Shown here: positions 12,203 through 25,609 of the stretch, piece after piece
Layout: each line of letters starts with the position of its first letter
How positions within the stretch are numbered: position 1 is the stretch's first letter
NCBI GenBank assembly: GCA_021613535.1
Contig: CP075492.1
Location: 11,036,001-11,100,000, forward strand
DNA: 64,000 nucleotides
Source of the DNA: Adineta vaga
Lineage: Eukaryota > Animalia > Rotifera
Direction of reading: 5' to 3'
Translations under genes and position numbers: made by a program
Notes under the pieces: generated by a model
What the model saw: the letters and a program-made list of their open reading frames with translations, nothing else
Database searches by the model: none
Told to the model about the DNA's origin: nothing

Positions 12203-15200
12203 TCAAAACTGACTCCAATTATGTCCATAAATCAATGTATTGCTGACTTCCATATTTCGGGATATATCTTCGGGTATCGAATGTCCTAACCAACGTCGAT
12301 GTAATGTACGATATCGTTCTTCACATAAATGTAATGGATTTCCACGTCTAAAAAAAACAAAAGAAAAATAAATATTTTGTTATCATCAATATTCGAATTG
12401 AAAAATTGTTTCCTAACCGTAAATTTTGATCGGTTTCACCATAATCATCTAAATATGGCGCTGCCAAAAGTGTTCCACGTGTTTTATTACTTCGTCCATA
12501 ATTATTTATATTCAATAAAAGTAATGAACATTCTTTAACACGTAAATAAAGTCCATTTGTACCACAACATTGTTGTGTATGAAGATTACATGGACCACCT
12601 GTATGATCAATATTAAAAAATGATGAAATAATGCCATTGGTTGAGAGAGGACTTGGTGTACTCGTTGATGATGATCGAACAACGACTTCACCACAAACTA
12701 AACATATACATGGTGAACGTATTTCATCACGTGCATATTTATATGGTGCAACACTAAATAAGTTTGTTTTTTAATGAGAAAATCAATTGATTTCTTTATT
12801 TTTTATTTTATTTTATTTTACCCTTGTGAAACTTGATTCATAAGATCAATATATTCTTTTGGTAAAGAATACAATTCATTGATGGCTATTGGATATTTCA
12901 CTAGTGATTTATTAGTAGATAGATTTGAAATCCAATTATTGATCAAATCATTCAAACATCGTTCGTTATCTGTATCTAATAATTCAGACAAACATGTCGG
13001 CAAACCAAGATATCGACAAATAGCCGAATATTCATCTAAATCTATTAAGAAAACTGATAAAATAATTAGATAAATTTCGATTTTTATAAAACCTGTTTCA
13101 ATTGGCCACGAAGTTCCTGTCAAATGATGATAGAAAAGTGCTGAACAACGAAGTAATGGAAGTACTGATTGTTTAAGTTTATCGCAAATAATTTCAAGTG
13201 ACAACATTTGATTGGATGACGATGCCGATCTACAACTCAACATATGAATTTCAGAACGTTTTTTTCAAAATTATCCTACGTTTGATTTTTAGTAATTTTT
13301 TCTATCAATTTTTGAATAGCTTTTATTTCGACATTATCATTAGTCTTCGTATCAGTCTTCATTTGTTGTTGTGATACATCATCTTTTTTTACGAGAGAAT
13401 AGAAAATGATATTTTGTTTTCAAATAAAATCTTACTATTTTCAAATAGAAAGCCTTCACTGGAAAGAATTTGTATGCAATGTGCCATGAAAATCAATCTC
13501 ATCAAATACAAATCATTGAGATTTCCAGTTGGAACATGTGTTAACGATGGTGAGATTTCTTTCGATGCAAATAGAATTGGTAGAGTAAAACAAATTGAAA
13601 TCAACAAATGAAATAGATCAATATCAGCTAATGATGGAATTTGAATATTTGTTCGTGAGAAAAGAAGTACTAGAAGAAAAGAATTGATTTGTTTTTTTAT
13701 CAAACAATTTCCCAACTAACCTGATAATAATTTCAAACAATGTTTACGAATTTTCTCACTATCATTTAATAAACCGTAAACTGCAGCAACTTTCGTTAAA
13801 CAATTAATCAATTCACTTTGTCGAATTGATAATTGTGAAAAGATTGATTTGGAATCAATACGCAACACTTGTTCTATAGATTGAATTGTATATGCACATG
13901 CTGTCCATATTATTAATGGAACACGATCGTTATCATCATCGGGATCAACATTTAATCCATACTGAAATTAATTAAGAAAAAAAATATTTAGATTATAGAA
14001 AGAAAAGAAAAAAATAACTAACCGCATAAACATTTTTACCAAAATTTAATAAACGTTCACGAATACCATCGGAAAAATCTTGAACTCTACAAAAAAAAAA
14101 CTCAGTATAAAAAAACAGAATTGTTAGAAGAAGAAAATGTTTGATTACCTTGAATCGCCAGCAAAACCGAATAATAATTGAAAATTTTGTGCAGCACGTT
14201 CAGCCATCATTTTTGTAATTGATGTTAATGGACATGGATTAAAAAATAATTGTTCTTCATGTGTTTCAATCTCATAACGAGATTCAATACTACCATTCAA
14301 GGCTTTTTCTAAACCATCTAACCATTCACTAAATGTCATCTGAGCTAGTTTTCTTTCAGGTGCAAATGTACGTAGTGATGGTAAAACTGGTATAGTCGTA
14401 TTACTTAAAGTTTGACATAATGGACAAAGAAATTCATTACGATCAGTATCATAATTTGCTGAACCACGTATTCGTAAAGTTCGACGATGATCTTGAGATG
14501 TAATAGAATTATGATATCTAGAGAAAGAGAGAGAGAGAGAAATCATATAAACTTCTTATGTTTCTCTTTGTTTTAATTTACTTTGTCCAACATGAAGCAT
14601 GAATAGCATGACCACATGATGAAACATGTACACCCCAATGAAGATCAGTAGACATAAAAGTTGGATCGAATGCATCCCAATTTTCAATTCGTCGTGATCG
14701 ATTTTTCGATAAAACTCTCGAACTATAAAACAAATGTATACATTGAACAAAACAAGACACAATTCAATTCGATACACTCACTTTTGTACATATGCTGGTA
14801 ATACAATTGCGTCTGCATTCAATTTCACTTCACTATTTTCTTGACAGAAAATACATATTAATGATTGTTTACTGGATTGTGATACATCAGTATCATATGT
14901 TCCTAAACATGATTGTATAACAGGAGATGTCTCATCAATAATCATGGGTTCAAATTTCGATGTTGTATTGGGTGATGTCGATAGAATTTGAAGATCAGAT
15001 GATGATTGTTCATCCATACTTTCCGAACACAAATGAATGTTTTTTTCAATGAAATTTTTCTGTAATTCAGTCATCTGTGCAATCATTTTTGCACGTTTTT
15101 GTACTGCTAGATCTTTTCGTTTACGATGTGCACGTTTGTTTACATCGTCCGCTTCTTGATGAGTAGTAATCATCGATGATGAATTCATTTGTTCATTACT

Positions 15201-18200
15201 TTGATCGAATTTTTTATAGTGCTTGAAGAAATAAAACAAAGATTCGATGGAAGAATGAAATATGTATATACAAACTTTATTCGTGTGATTAAGTAATTCT
15301 CTACAAATTTCAGCTTTACTTGGTAGTTTAAGATGTAATTGAGTAAATAAATTATCAAATTCAAATTTTTGACATTTAGAATAGAATTCAAAATTCGGTT
15401 CACGTTCTTGTTCATAAAGTGCTAAAGTTAATAAATGTAATGCCTATATAGTAGAGTATATTCGAGATTTGCTTTTTCTTTTGCAAAATTTTGTTTTTAT
15501 TTACGCGATTAAGAATAGTTTCAGACCAAAATAAAGCTTTTGGATCTGTAGGTCGATAAAGGCAACCCTTGAGTAATGTTAGAAATATATCACTATCAAG
15601 AAGATGAATTATTGGATGAAATGCATCGGTAAATAGTGGTGGACAAGGAATAAGTAAGGTTACTGGACTTCCATCATTATTTAACTTTCGACGTTTGATT
15701 ATATATTCTTCAGACTAAAAGAATAATGTATTCGATTTAGTATGAAAACTTAAAGACAATTTCTTACTTTGCATTGTTCAGCTTTTGTATAATGATAATA
15801 GAATTGATTGTATTCCATTAATCGATCTGTTTTTAACTCATAATTTCCTTTTGTTGCAGTACCTCGTCTACAAAATCTAGATGTCATTAATCTGGAACGA
15901 TTGTCTTTACTTACTTAAAATCTGCCACTTCTTTCAAAACACTTTCTAAATCTCCTAATCCCTATAATACAAACATTAGTTATAGATCTACGAATTAATA
16001 CGTGTAAAACGAACTGTTTCTAATTGTCCACAATCTTGTAAACCTCGAATTAATTCTGAATGTGCCATTGGTGAAATACATAGTTGATGTATAACTTCTC
16101 GTGTTAATTTTTGTTCATTTGTTACTCTTCCAACACTGGGTTCATATCGTTCGTTGATAATGATTATTAGAAGATGAAGAAATTCTTCCATTACACGAAC
16201 TTTTTCTTTTACTCTCGATTCTGCATCAGGTAGATGACCATTTTCTGGAGTTCTACAATTTTATTAATAGATGTCAAAACGAATTCTTGTTAAAAAAAAA
16301 CAAGAGATTCTTACCGAACCCAATCTAATAAACTAAATTTATGTAGAAGTTGAATTAAAAATGTATCAGCTGGTGTAAATGAAGCACCAACTTGTAAGGC
16401 AAGTATATCTCGATCATACATTTCTTTTCGACATTTTACATTGGAATAGTAATGAATCTTTAAGATGAAAAATATGAAAAACTTTTCTAGTTCAAAACAA
16501 TCTTCTTTTTACTTGATTTGATAAAGAATGGCCATTTCGTTTCCATAGACCTGCTTCATGTTGAGCAGTGAGTACTTGGATACGTAAAGATTCTTCATAG
16601 ACAAAACATGGATGAATTTGATATTTTTCACACTAAAATTTCACACGAACAAATTCGTATTGAATTTAACAAAGAATTTTCAATAGCTGCTCACTAGATT
16701 GTTAAATTTTGTCACCGTATCAGTATATTTTTGTAGATGAACATGTAGAGCTAAAGAGAAGAAAAGATATCTAAACTAATCATATTCGATTATTTATTGA
16801 AATCCTACCAGCAAATAATCGAACAACTGGTATATGAACTGTAATTGGATCTTTAGCCACATCGTATGCAAAACAATCAACTTTAAGATTACGTACAGTT
16901 GTTTTAACAATTGATGCATTGATTGTTTTATCTTTGATTAAATGAGATACATCACTTGTTTTTTCTACTTCTGCTAACACTGAACCGGTAACTTCATAAG
17001 CACGATTTAATAACTCTGCCTATGAAAATAAATGAAGAAGAAGAAGAAGAAGATCTTTCGATTGAATTCATTTGTTTTCATTTACATCATGAGAACACCA
17101 ATCTAATATCGATGCGATAATTGCTTGAATTTTAATGACTAAATTGAAGGCTGTTTCCCATTCGGGATCGAATTCAATATGTTGTCCAACTTGTCGTGTT
17201 ACTTTATCCATACCCTTGATAGAAATACATTTTTAGAAAGAAAAATAATACGAAGAATCGATTATTTACATGCATGTATTTTAATAATTGAAGAAATGAT
17301 TGAAGACCATTGATAAAATTTTCGCGAAGTTCAGGCGTATATTGATCAGGAACAACACCTAGCAGATATCTAAACAAATACAAAGAAAAATGATTTTTCG
17401 ATCTTAATGATAAAGCTTCTTCTCAATACGTAGAACGATCGTTTTAGTTAAAGAAAAGAATACCTTAAGTCGTAAAGAATAGATTGTGCACGTCGAAATT
17501 CATGTTGTACTGCTGTATTTGTTGTTCTTGAAAAAACAAGTCTATCATGATCAAGTTTTGATTGACAATATTTAAGAAAAGAATCTATTATTATTTGAAA
17601 TGCATTATGTGAAGATATTAAATATCTTGCCTAAAGAAAAGATGATTTTGAATTGAAATAAGAAACAAAAAATAATCATATCATTTAAAGCATGTTGTAA
17701 ACATAAGACGTTTTCTTACAAGACTTTGAGTCGCTAATATTTGCACCGACAACTTCAAAAAACAATCAGTACGAGAAATAACAGAAGAATCATCACGATA
17801 TTGTTGAACAATATTCGAATAACACTATAAATTATATGATTAGAAACAAATTTTGCGAGTACTACTACCGACGAGGAAAAACGAAAATTCTTATATTTAC
17901 AACGTGCTTAGATTTTCAATGGAAGGAAAAAAAAAGATTTACCAAAGTTGGTACAGTGTAGATTTGAACAGAGAGATCAGTAAATGAAACGTATTCGTCG
18001 GGATCTTTGACAAAATTTAGCCAAACTGTCGAATAATTCTAAATCATTGATAAGATTTTTATTTTGAACATCGTTTTTCCTCGTCGGATAGAGAGTCATT
18101 ACGCAATATGAGTAGCATTTAAAAGTAATCTAATCTATCTATACGATAGGTCTTTTTTTTTACCAGCTGTGTTTACATACGATTTTGTTATTTTTATCAA

Positions 18201-19813
18201 GGCATTCAATAACTACATAGCTTAGATTAGTAAAAAGAGAAAATATTTTATACTGAAATGCTGTTTTCTTTCCTTTCTCTGTTCACAATTCCTTTTTTGC
18301 TACTCATATTGCGTATTGTAATCATCTCCATTGTTCTTACTTTCATGTACAGAATTGCAAATGTTTTTTTCCATTCAGCATCCATAAAAAAACTAAACAA
18401 TAAATCAAATAATTCTAAATCAAACATTTGATTGTCTTCTTACCTATTAATAAATATTTGATGTAATGCTGATCTTGCACTTTTCCAAACCATTTTTTCA
18501 CCTAGTAAAACTTTTTCTGTCAAAACTATATTTTGTTGATCATCACGTTCCATTTCGCATTCACAAAATAATCGTCGAAAACCATCTGATATGCTGATTA
18601 TATCTTGAAGATAACTTAGAAGTTTTTGTGCAAAATATTGTAATGAAATGAATGAACTCGGATAGATTTCACATTTCAATGGATTATCAGCTGTACGTAT
18701 ACGAATTGTTTGTTGTGCTTCACGACACTGTTCAACTGTACCAATTCGAATCACTGTTCGACCTTCACGATCGACTAACGATGCAAATTCATGTCCTTCT
18801 TGTTTCGTACATTGAATAGCACGACTTAAAACATTAATTACTTGATCATATGTATGAACTTCATCATTGAATAACATTGTTACATATCGTTTATGATCTC
18901 CATCCCAAAATCTAAACGGAAACTTTCATGATAATATCAAAATGAAATAATTCATACTCATTTTTTAATTCATTTGGTATTTCTTGATATTTTTCTGTGA
19001 AAAGTAATTTAATTATAAAACAAAGTAAGATGTGAAATAATTGTTTAGCACGTTGACGAAGATCAACTGGTAAACGATTGAGTATTTCTTCAGATGATTC
19101 ATTTGAATCATCACGTGGTAAATGTAAACTGCAATGTACATGTTGTTTCCAAGCTTCACTATCTCCACAATCACAATATCCTCCACCAGCGGAAACATTC
19201 ATCTAAATCAATGAATTTATCACGTTCTCTTTCGAAATCATTAGACGAAAAGATATTTTCATACTTTATATCGATGATTTCGATGTTCACTTTGAAGAAA
19301 ACAATCCGTACATAGAACACATGTAGGATCAATACAACAATCTCGACAAAAATAAGTTGGTTCTTCAGCTTTAAATAAATGTCCACAAACAGTTGATTGT
19401 TTATTAAATGAACGAATTTTTTCTATTGCTTCATCCGTATTCAATGTTCCGTATAAATAAATATCCAATGGTCGAAAAAGAATTTCTTGTGTACGTTGTT
19501 CAATGATACCTTTTATTAATTGTGTATGATAAACATAACATTGAGGTACAAATGTTTTCCAATGTTCAAATAAGATTTTTTCAAGATCAGTCTTTTGAAG
19601 TAATTCTTCGCCAAATTTATTTCCATCGAAATTAATTAGTTCATCCGATAGTGGTGGTAAATCAATATTTGTTGTGATAGTTGGTAAATTACTATTACTG
19701 TCATCTTCAGCTAAAACCATATTGATAGCATCTTGAATATTGGCAGGATTTATTTCAATATCAAGCATAAATTCATCCGTATCCGATAAATCAATGGAAT
19801 CAGCATCATCCAT
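12203..19813 (-). CDS. UBR1: N-end rule E3 ubiquitin ligase UBR1/UBR2 (UBR box, ClpS-like domain, RING-H2, UBR C-terminal domain); multi-exon
   Basis: UBR box CGHLFKAEEPTYFCRDCCIDPTCVLC...GGGYCDCGDSEAWK; ClpS-like LFNDEVHTYDQVI; RING pieces CIFCQE...HVSSCGHAIHASCW...EFLCPLCQTLSN; C-terminal APYLDDYGETD...RGNPLHLC...HNWSQF*. Confidence 0.95.
17720..17824 (-). other. Alternative (duplicated) UBR1 exon B, 105 nt, phase 0-0
   Basis: tatag| CYSNIVQQYRDDSSVISRTDCFLKLSVQILATQSL |gtaag. Open frame, paralogous to exon A (shared YS...F..LSVQI.....L). Confidence 0.75.
17943..18038 (-). other. UBR1 exon A, 96 nt, phase 0-0 (canonical-type copy)
   Basis: ttag| NYSTVWLNFVKDPDEYVSFTDLSVQIYTVPTL |gtaaa. 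Matches the conserved UBR1/2 LSVQ(M/I)FTVPTL motif. Confidence 0.9.
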
Positions 19814-20607
19814 AGTCGAGAGAAATTGAAAATAAACAAAAGTCAATTAAATTGTAGATGAAATACAGAAAAAAAATAGAAACTTTATTATCTAAAAAGA
19901 ATAATGACGACTAAGTAATATGTTTTTTTTCTTGTACGACTAACAATTTATTTTTATAAATGCAGTCATGCGACTTATATAACAAGGATAGTGGCGCTTC
20001 TTTATCATTCATGATAGATTCATTTATAGATGGCGGACGTAAACAGCAATGTGATTCGAAAGATATTATTCTATTCTATTCTATTGTATATTAAGAGAAG
20101 GTGATTTCTCAGGTCATTTTTTTCGATTTATGTTGTTTGTTTATAAAATATATTGTAAAGATATTCTTCTTCTATTTATCAAATTGATGAACAAAATCTT
20201 AATAAACAATCAATGTATAGAAATTGTTTTATGATTCACACACAATTCATTTACACTACTTTCTTGTAAAATCGGAATAGAAATGAGATCAATACTTGAC
20301 TTTTCTCGTTTCTTCTAATATAATTCACTTCATATAACATATTTAGAGCGATAGAAAACATCGACACTGTAGAATAGCGCTTGTTGAGTTAGTTCTAACA
20401 ATAGAGGTCACTTTAGGTATAACATCTTCACTCTAATTCGTGCATATTTGACGTCCATCCCGTGGCCAGAAGAGATTCATTTGTTTTGTTTATTTATTTA
20501 CTTATCTTGCTTCCTAGATCGAACATCGTCATCATCTAATCTAACTTACTAGACACGGGTATAGAAGTGAATTAAGAAGTTCTTATTCATTTATTTTAAG
20601 TACAACA
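19814..20607. promoter_or_regulatory. Divergent promoter region (UBR1 / CDC42)
   Basis: Head-to-head genes, with motif copies TAGATGGCGG (20027) and TAGAGGTCAC (20402). Confidence 0.5.
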
Positions 20608-21677
<1,070 letters not shown>

Positions 21678-22659
21678 TAGAAAACGATAAAATCGAATGG
21701 TTCGTGTTCAAAACCAAAGAGAAACAGACAATTTTTTTCTTTGCATCTTTTCTTTTCTTTTCTTTTTTTCTCAACTTAACTAACTTTTCTTTTCGTCTTT
21801 TGTGAGAATTGGTTTCTTCTATTAGATGTATATGTGTTTGTCTATCTCATTGAGTATTATAGAAAGAGAGAAAAAGAGAGAAACGTTGTTTCTTTTCGTC
21901 AAATTAAAAAAAAAACGTAAATGATTTTCTCTTTTTTCTTTTGTCTTCTTTTTTTCTTTCTTTTTCATCAATAATCTCAGCTAATCTTGCGTGTTCCATC
22001 ATCAACTATATATATACATATATACATATCCATGTTTGTCTTTTCTCTATGTCTCTTTTTTTTATCTGTATACCAACAAAATATCTTTTGCCTGGTCTTC
22101 ATCAATAATATAAACGATTGCAAACTTTGAATGCAAACAAATGATTTGTCATTATCATCGTACGATCATTGAAATGTTCGTCTTTGAATGTCATTCATTT
22201 CTTGTTTCTTTTGATTGTTTATCTATCAGCTGGAGATTCAATGTATGATTATTGATTACGAGATTTCTTTTCTTAACATTGAGACAAGTAATATATGACA
22301 ATATATCCATGATTGATGAATTGAACTTTTTGAAAGAACATTTCTATATATATATATATATATATGTAGAACAACAATACATATAAAATTCATCGTTTGA
22401 TTGTTACCCCATAAATTATATCTGACAGTTTAATGAACGTTCTTACTTTACGGTCAACCTTCTGTATGGAGAACCGTTTCTTTCATAAATTAGAAACATT
22501 CCATTAAAGAATTAACAAAAAAATATATTTATACATAGAAATTTGAAAGTTTTTACTAATTCATCAACTATAAAAAGTAATATATCACACTGAACAATCA
22601 CCTAGATGAGAAAATGTAATAATATTTTAGTGCAATCATGGTGATAAGAGAATTATTTC

Positions 22660-24265
22660 TCATTTAATAACATGCAATTGTTGTCCAACTTCAGCGAATG
22701 CATCAATACATCGTTTTAAATCCGTTTTCGAATGAGCACCTGATACTTGTACTCGAATACGTGCACGATCTTTAGGTACCTGTATTAAGACATAGAAAGA
22801 TTCGAAAAGAAAAACATCAGATTAATATTAACATACAACTGGATAACTGAAACCAATGACATAAATTCCTCGTTGTAACATTTCTTCAGCAAATTGACTT
22901 GCTAATCGTGCATCACCTAACATAACGGGACAGATTGGATGACTATCTCCTAAAATCTAATATATATATATATATATATAAATTTAAGCAAATCATTTGA
23001 TCAATCTTTACTTTAAAACCCAATTTTTTCATTTCAGTTCGAAAATAATTTGCATTATCGAGTACACGTCCAGGTAGATTCGTATCTTTTTCAATTAAAT
23101 CGATTGCTTTTATTGCACTTGCAACAATTGATCTAGAATAATAAACGTCGATTCAACGATGAAATTTTATTTTCAATTCACTAACGGTGGAAGTGTATTA
23201 GAAAATAAATACGGCCGAGAACGTTGTCTTAATAAATCAATCAATGCTTTTGATCCAGTTGTATATCCACCAGCAGCACCGCCCAATGCTTTTCCTAATG
23301 TCGAATTAATAATATCGATACTTCCAATCATATTAAAATATTCTTCAGTTCCTCGACCTGTTCGTCCAAAAAATCTTTTAAAACAAAACAAAACAAAATT
23401 TCTCGATCATTCTCAATCATACAAGTAATTCTACCCAGTTGCATGACATTCATCCACAAAAATCAATGCATTATACTTCTCAGCTAAACGTTTTATGTCC
23501 GGTAATGGAGCAATCGATCCATCCATAGAAAATACACCATCAGTAGCAATCAATCGAATAACATTTTCATCCTTTAAACTTTCTTGTAATTTTGCTTCCA
23601 AATCAGACATATCTTTATGTTTATAACGTAAACGTTTAGCTTTACATAAACGAATTCCATCAATAATCGATGCATGATTTAATTCATCCTAAATTCAATC
23701 AAAAACGATCATTATCTGATAAATAAACAATAGATATATCTTACACTAATAACATAATCTTGTTCTTTCAATAATGTTTCGAAAATACCAGCATTTGCAT
23801 CAAAACATGAAATATATAAGATTGTATCTTCTCGTTGATGAAAATTAGCAATACGTTGTTCCACTAAAGATTCTCTTGATTTATTTTCTGTATTCAAAAT
23901 TCAAGAAATAGTTTGAACTTACATTGTTTATGGATAATTTGAGTACCACAAATAAATCGAACCGAACTAAGTCCAGCACCATATTGATCAAGTGCAGTTT
24001 TTGCTGCTTGAATTATTTCGGAATTATTTGCTAAACCCAAATAATTATTTGCACAAAAATTTAATAAATCATTCGACGATTTGTCCACTTTAATATGTGA
24101 ACTTTGACTAGTAGTTATAATTCGTTCAGTTTTCCATGTTCCTGCTTGTCGAATTGAATCAAGTTCTGGATTGATATGTTTATTCAAAACGTCAGTTAAA
24201 GTCGAAAAATATCGTAAAGATCTTTGTCGTAATAATAACAATAGATATGATGATTTCGATATCAT
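22660..24265 (-). CDS. GCAT: 2-amino-3-ketobutyrate CoA ligase (glycine C-acetyltransferase), mitochondrial; multi-exon
   Basis: [40 protein letters not shown] lysine motif [31 protein letters not shown]. Arg-rich N-terminal presequence. Confidence 0.95.
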
Positions 24266-24384
24266 TCTTCTTCTGTCCTTTTACTTTTCGTAGTGACGAT
24301 AAGAATGTATATTTTACTGATAGGATATTTATTTAGAATGAAAGAGAGAGAAAATACTGTTCTTCATGTCGACATCTATTCAGT

Positions 24385-24830
24385 TCAGTTACATAAATCA
24401 AATGAACAAAATGTAAAACAATCAAATGCACGCATACGTTTGACGCAACCTTGATCACGATGATTAATCATATCTTTGATGATAGTATATTCAACTGAAT
24501 TTGTCGACATACAACCACGTTGACGGTTGTATCAACTATACACAATAAAACAAAACAAAAAATCATTTCGAAAATAGAAAACTATTATGTTTACTGGTTC
24601 GATGAAACCATGAATAGCATACATCATCAGTATGTTCACACTGGTGTACTTCATTAACCGAAGGTGTTGTACACGATGGATCGGTTCTTTCACATGTTTT
24701 ACACGTAAGCGCTTCAGCTTAATGAATAAAATTCGATATGATAATAGTAAAAAGTTCTATACTTACTTATAGATAAGATCAAGCTTAGAAGAAGAACTAT
24801 ACGGAGAACAAAATTTCTTGTTGAGTACAT
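24385..24830 (-). pseudogene. Small secreted Ly6/uPAR (three-finger)-like cysteine-rich gene, 3 exons, with an apparent 1-nt deletion (pseudogene, null allele or assembly error)
   Basis: Exon 1 signal peptide MYSTRNFVLRIVLLLSLILSI. Exon 2 EALTCKTCERTDPSCTTPSVNEVHQCEHTDDVCYSWFHRT. Exon 3 IDTTV, then in a shifted frame QRGCMSTNSVEYTIIKDMINHRDQGCVKRMRAFDCFTFCSFDLCN*. The LxCxxC start, RGC and terminal C..DLCN are LU-domain hallmarks. Confidence 0.65.
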
Positions 24831-25609
24831 TCTGAAGATATTAATTCAAAAGGAAAAACTCGATTCTATTCTCTACAACAGACAATAACAAAATAAAGAC
24901 TTATTAATCATAAAAAGCTCGATCTCTCCTGAGTTTTCAGCAAATGAAGAAGGAAAACTTTCATTCTAAATATCACAACTATGGAAACTGAAGAAACATT
25001 CATTAGATGAATGTATCTAGAACAATTAAGTAAATTAAATGCAACATTTTACTGACAAGGCAATGTTTTGTTGATATTATTAGTTTTAGATCCATTTTTT
25101 TACATGATAGAAAGAACATAACTAAGAATTTCAATCATTTTCCTTTACATATTAAAATTAATACAGAAAAATAATTAATCAATGGAAAGTATCATTTTTT
25201 TTGAAAGATAATATTAATATAATATGATTAATCGTTGTTATATACTATCAAATATCTTTCTCTATTCAAATGATGATCAATCATATGTTACATACATAAA
25301 TCACCTTTGTCGATGAGACTTTTTTTCAATCTCAATAGATTTCGATTTCATCATTAAGTGTTCTTCAATGAATGACATATCTCTTTGTTTCTAGTTTTCA
25401 GAGAATTGAATGGATCGTTGAAAAAAATCTATCGATTGACATTGAATATCATCAATACAAAAGAATCTGTTCTGTTTTATTTGTATGTCGCACACAGACA
25501 AAAAAAGTTCTTTTTACAATAAAAACAAAAGAAAAAAGAAAGAAAAAAATATATATATATAATGAGTGAGAGAGTAAGAAAAAAGAAGAATAAAGCATTC
25601 GTCCAATTG

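Noticed and set aside
22660-24265. GCAT as a horizontally acquired bacterial kbl
   Set aside because: GCAT is a normal metazoan mitochondrial enzyme, and this copy has a presequence and several canonical introns. No gene in the window looks foreign.
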